64,000 nucleotides of DNA. It comes from Auanema rhodensis. Its lineage: Eukaryota > Animalia > Nematoda. The notes under the pieces were generated by a model that was not told the DNA's origin, made no database searches, and saw only the letters and a list, made by a program, of their open reading frames with translations. Made by a program: the position numbers and the translations under genes. Below are positions 54,001-64,000 of the stretch, one piece after another. Numbering within the stretch: position 1 is the stretch's first letter; every line of letters starts with the position of its first letter. Location of the stretch: NCBI GenBank assembly GCA_964057225.1, contig OZ059894.1, positions 7,936,001 through 8,000,000 of the forward strand, in the 5' to 3' direction.

Positions 54001-54233
54001 TTCAGAGCTACCGTTGCTGTCTCCATCTTCATCCTCCTCCTCATCCTCATCTTCCTCATCTTCTTCATCTTCTTCGTCTTCCTCACTTCCTGACTTTTCG
54101 GTACCAGTCTAAAAAGTAACATCGTGCTGTGTTGTGAGGTAAAGGGTTTTACAAATTCTTCCTCGTCAGCCACTGATTCTTTTTCAATATCTTCATCAGC
54201 TATATTTTTATTGTTATCATCTTCTGTCGCCAT
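48019..54233 (-). CDS. picd-1: CABIN1 homolog (HIRA complex subunit; nematode PICD-1-like)
   Basis: Acidic N-terminus followed by a TPR block (EETQEANEAIALQQF...HKNLAVL...IWKELAR...AKFAVEKAF). C-terminal CABIN1 motifs IELHYQIH, CERFPHPKAHYRLA and IDRSGSFAYHFDR are present. Confidence 0.85.
48078..48175 (-). repeat. 12-bp coding tandem repeat (LPNx) in the CABIN1 C-terminus
   Basis: LPNQLPNILPNLLPNLLPNLLPNVLPNVLPSV. Confidence 0.9.
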
Positions 54234-54906
54234 ATTTTTTATTTCTAAAAAAAATATAAAAATATATATCCAGTCATATAAAAAATAAGCTTAAATCTAC
54301 AGAACGTATTAAATTATTCAAAGAAATCACATTTATTGCGTACATTACTACCGACTACCGTACGCTTCTAAATTTTGCATTGAAATATAGAGCCTTGTTG
54401 GTTACCAGGAATTATTTATTGGAAATATAAAGTAATCTTCCTTTAAAAATACTCCGAGTAATTAATAAATTAATATTAGTAATTATCTGTTGCTTCATTT
54501 CTTTTTTTCTGATTCCATGAATTGATAGTTCATTGATAATTTCAAAGCTGTCATTTTATCGTCGATTCAAAAGAAAATACTCTTGCGGCCTGGAATATGA
54601 AAAAAATAAGATTTACAATAAAATTTTATAATTCTATTGATATCCTTTGGGAAACAACCGCTAATTTCAAATGCTCGACAAAAATGAAAACTGCTGTTCA
54701 CCACTGTCATTTCCGTATTATGCTAATTAATTGTTATATTGTGTATACGCGTGAATAAGAAAATAAAATTTACTTCAAAAAAACAAGCAAGAACAATAAC
54801 TAACTAATCTAAAAGAATTCTCAACAGTTAAACAAATCTGGGGTGAATTAAAAATTTGTTCATAACAAGACATATAATGTTCACAACGTCAACAAAAAAT
54901 ATGTTC

Positions 54907-55745
54907 TTATTCAAGATCATCAGTGTCATCCATGAGTTCCTGTAATCAAAATATTAATATTGAATGTTAATTGATTGAATTACCTGAGCAGTAACAGTGG
55001 AAGGGCCGTCTCCCAAGAAACCAACTGATGGAGTATCAGAGTCAGAAATTTCTGTTACGCTACTTCCTCCGAATTGAGGAAACATTGGTACCAATCTCTG
55101 AAAAACGTATTTAATAAGAGAATAATTACAAATCATACTTCACGAGCATCTGGAAGCTTTCTCAAAACAGCATTGAAATGCTCAGGTGGCATGGTCTGAA
55201 AAATATGTTCAACGAAATATATAATCAAATTATCCACCTGTTGAAGAATTTGGAGAAGATGTTGGCTGTCACCACAGAGAGCAACAGCATTGGCCATATG
55301 AGAGGCGCCTTGATCAAGGTTTCCTGAAAACGAATCAAAATCTCGTATATTTCCAGTACTTTAAATCCTACCAACTGCAAAAAGTTCTTCTCCTAATTGT
55401 ACTTCCTGAAGGAATGCAGCTTGGAGACTTTGAGGATCAGCAGGATTGAAGTTAACTGAACCGCCAGAGCTTCTAGCTCCAGATTGAGCTCTAGAAGCCT
55501 CACGTCTTTCTAGAACAAATTAAAAATAGGAGATCCTCCAGAAAATACAAACTTTGTCTGATTTTATTTTTATATTCGGGATCAGCTCTCCGTTTACTGT
55601 CAAAATACATACAATATCCAATAAAGGCGGCTCCAGCTAAGCCGGCAGCTACAACAACATTGGACCTAAAACTCATGAGTTAAATGTCTAAATTGAATTC
55701 TTACCTATTAAAGCCAAATAGTGTAGGCACTGAAGCGTCAGACAT
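54907..55745 (-). CDS. tomm-20: Mitochondrial import receptor TOM20
   Basis: AAGLAGAAFIGYCMYFDSKRRADPEYK, FLQEVQLGEELFAVG, HMANAVALCG, LLQILQQTMPP, ending DDTDDLE*. Confidence 0.95.
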
Positions 55746-56434
55746 TATTGTTTTACCCTAAGAAAATAAAATTAATAAATATTGAAAAAAATTTTCAAAA
55801 GTTAATTTATACATAGATAAGAATTACTATTTCTATTTAAGTGCAACGCACCACCAGACACTTGTAAACAGCATGCACAAGAAACGGAAATTCGAAATTT
55901 CGTTGATCTTCTTTATATTAAAGAATAGTTTTACAACAGTTTTTAAAAATAATTTGAAAGATATGATCAACATAATGCATTTTTTTTACATTTCGTTGTA
56001 TAAATATTTAGTTCAATTTTTTTTCGAAACGTTTCTGTTTTTTTTCACTATATCCGCAAAGGATCTTTTTTAACCGTTATATACCCTTATATATCTGTAA
56101 AGTTTTCTACAATTTTTTTTTTCGTGTTATGAAATTTTTATATAAACTCATGACATGATTTATAGTAAACATATCTAATATAGGGCTAATAGTTTTTTAC
56201 TTGTGAAGCCTAGTTTCATATATGATTTCAGTCTTAATTTATCGTTTCTGCAGTTCAAGATCACGAATTCATTATGTTGTTATAGAAGCAACATAATTTT
56301 GAAAAAACATTTTATCAATAAATTATTATTATTATTTTTTGAATAAATGAATATGTAGATAAAGAATAAGGGTAGTTGTTGTAGTCCTATACAAATATGT
56401 ATATATATAGCGTCAAGAGAGAGAGTTTCACACT

Positions 56435-56959
56435 TTAAAATGGAAATGAATTAGAAATAATTGTGGAGCTTTGAAGATGAGGTCTTATAGTATTCAAGAA
56501 CAAAGTAATATTTTGAACTGTGAATCCCATGTACATACTACTTTCTCCTGCTTTTACTACAACGTTGTAGTATTTTTTCCCGTCGTTATGCCATTGTCTA
56601 AAGCATTTTAATATCATTTCGCAAAGGAATAAAACATGCCTCTTTAGGTCACAGGCCCACCAAATTGGAGTTAAAGACATTCCCCACCCTTTAACCTTCA
56701 AGAATCCTTCTTGGGATGTTTGATCAATGTAATAAATGGTGTTTATGTCCCACGCATCAACTCTCTGAAATTTCATTATTATGTTATTTTGGTACGAAAT
56801 AGAAACCTTATTAAGTCCGAGAGGAAAGTAATACCACGTTATTATAAGTTGGTCATCTTGAAATTTCCAATATTTTTCCTTTGCTGTGGTAACTTTAAAC
56901 TGGGTTTCATCGGGGATTCGATCAAAACTTTCCTCGATCGGAGTTTTTTCTGTAATCAT
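56435..56959 (-). CDS. Uncharacterised small protein (WYYFP...KGWGM...WWACD motif); two 42-nt in-frame introns
   Basis: ORF preceded by ttcag|ATG. A GT-AG intron at about 56766-56807 and a GC-AG intron at 56598-56639 give a ~146 aa spliced product. Confidence 0.7.
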   Translation of the reverse strand: MITEKTPIEESFDRIPDETQFKVTTAKEKYWKFQDDQLIITWYYFPLGLNKVSISYQNNIIMKFQRVDAWDINTIYYIDQTSQEGFLKVKGWGMSLTPIWWACDLKRHVLFLCEMILKCFRQWHNDGKKYYNVVVKAGESSMYMGFTVQNITLFLNTIRPHLQSSTIISNSFPF

Positions 56960-57719
56960 CTGAATAGAGAAAAATGAATGACGTTATGTAGTTTTTGAAA
57001 TGGCTTAATTTGAAAAAGAAAAGCTCTAATCACATGGTGAGCGCAGAGAAAAAGAACCAAAAGGTAAATAGATGTAGGCACACGGAATCTAATCAATTCA
57101 TTCACTGCATATATACAGATATATATAGAGAGAGAAAAAGAGCTTTTCTCAATTTCAAAGGTGATGTGATAACACTGGAATTCGATATAATTTGATGAAT
57201 AATGCTCTATAACACATTTCGCTCTTGAGCACTTTTTAGTATATGATGCATAATTTTACTCATAGTAAATAAGATGAACTTCCTATGCTAGCATGAAGTT
57301 TTAGTTTTCAATTTTCAATCATTGTTTGTTATTTGAGAAAACTACAAAAAGTTCAGTGAACTTTGAATTTTTCGAATAAATTTCATACGCGCCTTTTTGA
57401 TTCAAGAATTAAGAAAAATAGTAAACAAAATGTTTCTATTTACTATTGGAAGAACATAATTGTTTTTCAATGGTCACTGTAAAAAACAGAAAGTTTATTT
57501 AACAGCCATTGTAAGAACACAAAAAGTTCAAAATTTAAAAAAAAAGCTTGAGCATTAATCATAACATATCAATTAAGTAGCCTTTCATTTTGTGATTTGA
57601 CGCAGAGGGGAACGGTTGTTTTTTTTTATTCTTCAATTTTCAGTCAATGATGGACCCATCGGCAGTTATTGTTGCATTGAATGCTTTCAATTAAACAAGC
57701 AACTGGATTTATTCTGAAT

Positions 57720-57755
<36 letters not shown>

Positions 57756-57960
57756 AAGGTAAAGACATTTTATTAATTTTTCTTGCACCTTCGACTTAGT
57801 GATATATTGATCTTTATGTGCACTAATGCGGCGCAATATAGTTGTCTACTGATAATTCTATAATACCTTTTAATAGTTTAATAGGCTTTATTGACTAATT
57901 TTTTGAAAATTAGCTAAATATTTTCTAAATCTTATATTCATTTTCCTAGAGTTCTGAATA

Positions 57961-59529
57961 ATGTCTGTAAATGGGCCGATTCCAGATGATTTCATGCGTT
58001 TGCCTGAAGATTATTTAACTCCCATTAAGCCTATTAATGATGAACGTTTTTCGGTTTTAGGTTAATAGAAACAAATTTAAATAAAATATTTTTACTTGTT
58101 TTAGATCAGCTTAAATTACCACTTGAGGTAGTTTATGAGATAGTTAGTGATGTTCATGGCTGCTGTGACGCCATAAAAACCATGAAGGTATCATTATCAA
58201 TGCGTTTAGAAATATGTTCTGATATGGTTTAGGTAAGAGGAGCTCCCGCTATCGCTACTGTTGCTTTAAGAGGAGTAAGATGTGAACTACAACCTTTTAA
58301 AACTCAAATATCTCGTGGTGAATGTGTTGATGTTGAACAACTCATGGAAACACTTACTCATGTGGTAAATATTAATTTGATTTGATTTATTTTTTTATTT
58401 TTATATTTGCTAGACAAAACAGCTTGTCGCTTGTCGCCCAACAGCCATTGATTTGAACAATGCCATGACAGAAGTGAATAATGCTATCCGTGTTGGAACT
58501 ACTGCTCAAGAAAAAATTGATAGGTAATTATCGTTTAAAGTTATAACTTTATATTTTTTTAGTGTGAATCAAGTTGTGCAGCGACTTTTGGATGCAGAAG
58601 TTGAACAAAATAGAACTTTAGTTTGGAATGGTTATCAAGAAGTTGGCATTTAATGTTTCGACTAACTTAATTTCTTGCATTCTAGGTTATCTCAACTAAG
58701 CCGGAAGGCCACCAATTCACAATTATGACTATTTGTAATACCGGAACTCTGGCTACATCCTCTTGGGGTACCGCTTTAGGTAATCTCTCTTGAAATTATT
58801 ATGTATAATTTATATATACATCATTAGGAATAATCTATGCTCTACATCAACAAAACAAATTAAAAATGGTTTATGCTCTCGAAACTCGTCCCTATTACCA
58901 GGTGTCCAATTAAAGCTTCCCTCATTCATTACTTTGCGTTATTAGGGACTCAGATTAACTGCAACTGAACTGGGAGCTTTCGGTGTTCCTTTCAAAGTAA
59001 TTCCTGATGGAGCTGCTGCTTCAGCTATGCAAAAGTTTGGAGTCGATGCTGTTCTCACAGGTATTATCTTTGTATTGTATAATTATTTTGATTTATTTAA
59101 AGGAGTCGATCAAGTTACCCTGAATGGCGACTTCGCAAATAAAATTGGAACTTATGCCCTTTCAATTTCTGCCAAACATCATGGTGTTCCTTTTTATCCT
59201 GTGGTAGTAACAGCTTCTAGAAAGTTTTTTCCACTTCTTCCTTTCAGGTTCCAAGAACATCAATAAATCTCAATCGCTTTGATGGTAATGAAATCGTAAT
59301 TGAAGAAAGGCCTAGTAGGGAAATGCTGGCACACAAAGGCAAAGTTTAATTCTCTTATACAATAAGTTGGGATATTATTTCAGAAACCTATATAGCCCCT
59401 TCAACGACGCCTGTATGGAACCCTGCCTTTGATGTCACTCCTTCGAGTTTAGTTACTAAGTTTATAACTGATTTTGGCAACTTTTTGCCATCAGAAATTA
59501 AAACAGCTGTTGATATTCTGAAACATTAG
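57961..59529 (+). CDS. mri-1: Methylthioribose-1-phosphate isomerase (methionine salvage)
   Basis: VLDQLKLP, MKVRGAPAIA, CRPTAIDL, TICNTGTLATSSWGTALG, ETRPYYQGLRLTATEL, NGDFANKIGTY, IEERP, WNPAFDVTP. Confidence 0.95.
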
Positions 59530-59884
59530 TTATATTAAAAAAACATTTAAACATAGGTTGATAATTTATAGAACTAGATGAATATGGCTGTTATAACTCA
59601 ATGTTGTTTCAGTTTGTTGTTATGTTAATGATTAGTTATATTATTATTGGTTTGTGAACATGAAATATAAATTATATATTCTGTCAATTACAAACCCCCA
59701 TAGATTAATTTTCTTTCTTATATCTTTTGTCGTTTATACTCTTTTATATTCATACTTTTATATTTTAGAAATAAACAATTATATACAGAAGATAACATCC
59801 CAAAAATATTAGGATTATACACTTCAAACAGTTAGTTTTGCTTTTCGTTCCCTTTTGTAGAATTCTACGAATTAACTTTTAGAT

Positions 59885-62162
59885 ATGATGACGTCAACTT
59901 CATCAAAAGTAGCTCCTGCTACTTTAGATAGAGAGAAAGGGCGGATTGAGCTATGTAGTGCAATTTTGAGAGATCTTCTCGGCCTTTATGAGAATTTGGA
60001 GCAACGTCATAAAAGAGCTACCACTGAAGACGAAGAAAAAGCATTGCTCAAAATGGAAGTTGGATCATACCGTAAAGCCATTAAGAACATTCAAACTGTC
60101 GTTCAAGAACTAGAATCGGTCGAAAGTGCAATGATCCTTGCTTCAAAATTGGAAGAGAAATCAGGCAAATCTGCTTTAGAAGAAGAGCTTGAAAATATTC
60201 AAAGCAAAACGGACTATAAAAATATATTGGAGAAAGCAAAGGATTTCGAGGAGAAAATGGAGGATATAATTCGTCAAAGTGATCCGATGAAAACTGAAGA
60301 TAGCAGCCGCTCTGGAACGATTTCTAATGAGAAAAAGCCAAGTAAAATGCATGGTCACGTCAAAGAGTTGACTGAACTTTGTCAGAAAATATCAACTCGA
60401 GCTCAAGTTCTTGTTGATAACACAGGCAGCTCAAACTCATTAGATTCTGATAATAAGACCAGTTCAAAGAAGAAAACAGTAGATCATAAAGAGAATATGC
60501 CACCTGCTTCCACGATCAAAGATACTTCTTTATCGACATCTATCAATCCTAAAAAATTTTCTACAGTTCAGACTGCTAGAAGATCACTACCATTTCCTGG
60601 TGGTTCAATTATATCAAAAGAAGAAAAGGAATCTATACTCAAAACGGAAAACGATATGCCAGTAGGATCCGAAACTCAAGAAAAAAATAAGAAGCCTATT
60701 CTCACTTCGTCGTTTTCAATCATTCTAAATGATACTGTGCTGTTGAAAGATAAGGCCTCAAAATCTGAATCGAAGGCGCAATCTAGCAAGAATATTCAGC
60801 AAGCCTCCATGTCCATTCCTGCTGATCCTGCTGATGAACTTCCGGAAAAAGAAAAAATGCCGAAAGAAGCCCTTGGTAAAGGTTCTACATCTAGCAACAA
60901 AGAGTCTATGCGAAAGGTTCAAAAAGCTCCTAGGGAAACAACTCTTGATTCTACCGATCAACTCTCAGAAACCGATAAAATAATGGATGATGACCTAGCT
61001 GGTGCTTACCCATCTACCAGTAAAGAACCTATGCGAAAAGTGCAGAAGGCAATACGGTCCACGCCTTTTCCATGTCCTCCGGATGCCAAGCCTGTGGCTA
61101 ATAAAAATAGTTTTACTTGTGGATCTGAGACCAAGAAGGATTCTACCAAAAAAGTTCAAAAAGGCATAAGATCTACACCTTTTCCATCAGATTTCGAACT
61201 TTTGGATGACGATACTATTGCTGAATCTGCTGGATCTAAAGTAAAAGAATCTACAAGAAAGGTGCAAACTGCAATACGCTCAACGCCTTTCCCCGCCAAT
61301 TTGAACGAAGCAAATCCAATCGAAGTGTCTTCTGTATCGAACGAAAATACGGGTACTAAAGTTCGGAAAACAAAGCAGCCTCCATCTTTCAACAGAAGCG
61401 AGTCTACTTCTCCTGATTCTGATGACGATCTTGTGAAGAAGATTCAACAAGTTGTAAACTCAACACCATTTCCGAGGTATTTTGAGTCAAAGCGATTAGA
61501 AAATAGAAAATTTCGTGAATTGGCTGGATTGAAAAAAGCAAAAGATTCAAAGAGAGAAGTTCAAACAGCTCTGAAAACTTTTCCTTTCCCGTGCCCTCCT
61601 GATGTTACACCTATGGAAAAGGAAAAAGCTATTGAACAGTTTGTATCTCAAGCAAAAAAGGAAACCATCAGAAAATTGTGTCAAGCTGCTAAATGGACCC
61701 AATTCTTTGGCGTGTCTGCTAAGGAGTCGCCTTTATTTGAACGGAAGAAGGAAGCTGTACGAAAGATTCATAAACCTACGAGACCGTCTTTATTTGGTCC
61801 ACCTGATGCCAATTCTTTAAATACTGACAATGTAATTGTCCAGACATCTGAATGCGAAGCCCAGACTACTGAGATTGACAATCCAATCTTTTTATCGGTT
61901 CGTGGAGACTACATCCCAATAGATGGACGATTTAGATTAGTTCCCGAATTGGAAAGACAACGTCTCGGACCCTATGGAGTCTTACCATTACCAGTAAGTT
62001 GAACGCTTATTATCTTCTATTGATTTGTGGTTTCAGTATCACCAATTCCTGCCACACATTCCGTTAGCACCACCTCTATTCCATTCACTCACCCCATATT
62101 CAGAATCTCTCAATCCGTCAGAAACTAACCCAGAAAGGAAAAATGATGAGCCTCATCTCTAG
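59885..62162 (+). CDS. Unknown protein: N-terminal coiled coil, disordered region with about 9 KVQxAIRSTPFP-type repeats, proline-rich tail
   Basis: 705-codon ORF after ttttag|atATG. Donor CCA|gtaagt at 61994 and acceptor tttcag| at 62036 extend the frame to TAG at 62160-62162. Confidence 0.8.
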
Positions 62163-62291
62163 ATGCGATAAATCGAATTACATTGCCTCTCATCTCTTAA
62201 GCATATTATTAGAATTTGATTATTTTGATTATTATTAATTATTAATGTTTTATTATTATTTTCTATGTTTTGAAAAGTCTACAATAAAAAT

Positions 62292-64000
62292 CTACAAATA
62301 GAAGTTTGGAGGGAAATCGACTTCTCCTAAGGCAGCTTGAGAAGGGCTCTTGGTTTTACTGAAAAAAATAACAATGTCACTCTGCAATAACTATTTAGCA
62401 CTAACAAAGTAAGTTTGGTATTAATTTTAGATGATATTCTTCGAGCAGCATCTAGAACACTAGGAAGGCGAGTGGTTGCTCCAATAACAGACGAAAAAGT
62501 TAAAAAGTTTGTATATGTCTATAACATTGGATGAAAACTACTGGCCCGAGCTCCAACTCAAAACCTGAATAGTGCGCATACTTCTGTGACCGTCATCATA
62601 AAAAATAACATAGCTAACTGGCCTACTATCGCTCTGAAAATAAAAATATACGCTTTCAACTTGCTTCCGACAAATCCAACTGAAGCTTGATCTCCATTTT
62701 TAGTCACCAAGAGAAATTCAAATATCCGAGAATGAACAACATCTTTGTCAATTACAGTTCCTGGTATAGCATGACTTCTGAAAATTTTTTAATTATAAAA
62801 CTACACAAAGCTCAAAAAAGAAAAACAACATACATAAATTTGTTATCATTATCACGAGAAATAAAATTCAATTGGCGTGTTGAACAAACTGTTATATAAG
62901 TATAGTTTGTACGTCTCTGAACTGCTTTTCTCATTACAAGTTTACTGAAATTGAATTTTAAACTAAAAATTTTATTTTTTTCTACTCACTTGATCATTTC
63001 TTGATCATTATAATAGGTGTTTTCATGTCTATCACCAAATCGTACGTATCGGTAAATGAAAACTTGTTTAGGAAATTCTCCAACATTCTTTAAGTTCAAT
63101 ACGTTTGTCCGAAACAAATACTGAACTTACTATTTCGAAAGTTTTTAATCCTTCACGGATACCATGTACAACTTCCATTGAAGGCTTCTTTCCATTATGA
63201 AAGATGCACTTATGGAAAAATCTTTTTGAATTTTTAAATTAAAGTAGAATAAAAACTTACCGTGAAACTCTTTTATCCACATAAGTTACTACGGTTGTGA
63301 TCCAGCCGTTTCGAACACGTTCACTATGTAATCCGACGGCTGTGACTTGAAAGGCATTACTGGAAATAATGGATGTATCCGATAAAAGAAAAAAATAAAA
63401 ACAATTCAGTAAATAGCTCATTTGGCAAACTTGTATAGAAGTTAAGACCTCCCATCTTAGAATTAATTCGTAAAACATATGATTGAATTGCAGCTCTGTG
63501 AATATGAGAAATACTTAGTTAAATTGGATTACAAGAACTTACTCATATTTGTCTTCATCTAATAATTCTAGATAAGATAGAGTAGAACTATCAACAAATT
63601 GGCTGACTATTTTCTTTGAATCTAATAGCAATTTGATTCGACCTATGTTTGCATTATGTATAGGATGCTTTTCTTATATAAAAACTACCATAACAAGGCT
63701 CAAATCGCCTGGAAAATATAAGAACGACAGGAGTGATATCCTCTTTCTTCAGCTTATTCAAAAAAATTTCAAGTTTGTTAAATAGCTGTAATACATTATG
63801 GAGATATCATTTCAGAATAAAATAAGACATACCACATCTATTGGAATAGTTTCATAATCACTTTCTTTTCTATTACTTTCATTGAACCCATGCGTCTGAA
63901 ATAGAATTTAAAATAGAATCTCTTAACAGGACTTTTACCAAATAGTTCTTGCACAAGCCATCAAACACTTCGGCACCATATTGATGAAGTTGCTTTGTAA
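62292..64000 (-). CDS. Divergent Argonaute-family protein, MID-PIWI half (5' part outside the window)
   Basis: Spliced translation: YGRIKLLLDSKKIVSQFV, LRINSKMGGLN, PKQVFIYRYV, PGTVIDKDVVHSRIFEFLLV, SRPVSYVIFYDD, RLPSVLDAARRI, ending PPNFYL*. Motif order is that of a PIWI domain. Confidence 0.88.

Noticed and set aside
1-64000. Transposase or reverse transcriptase ORFs, CRISPR arrays, rRNA, SL1 or U snRNA genes
   Set aside because: No diagnostic motifs found while reading the window.

Overview
AT-rich eukaryotic genomic DNA from a nematode, most likely rhabditid-like. This is inferred from TTTCAG acceptors, ~40-55 nt introns and operon-like gene spacing; the species cannot be determined. Left to right the window holds: a small secreted sPLA2-like gene (-); a divergent protist-type (GH25) lysozyme with a hydrophobic C-terminal tail (-); tRNA-Asn; a complete ~21 kb unc-80 gene (-) with tRNA-Leu and tRNA-His antisense in its introns and several cassette exons; and ~17 kb (28.2-45.7 kb) with no convincing protein gene but many GC-richer hairpin islands. 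After that come a probable operon tomm-20 / CABIN1 (picd-1) / WDR74 (-), a small uncharacterised gene (-), mri-1 (+), an unrecognised protein with about nine 'KVQxAIRSTPFP' repeats (+), and the 3' half of a very divergent, catalytically dead Argonaute (-). Best leads: (1) a spliced minus-strand transcript downstream of WDR74 with a structured first exon and four clustered miR-124 seed matches further downstream; (2) the STP-repeat protein; (3) the degenerate Argonaute; (4) a structured GC-rich insert in an unc-80 intron. Exon joins, translations and folds were read by hand; no database search or folding program was run.
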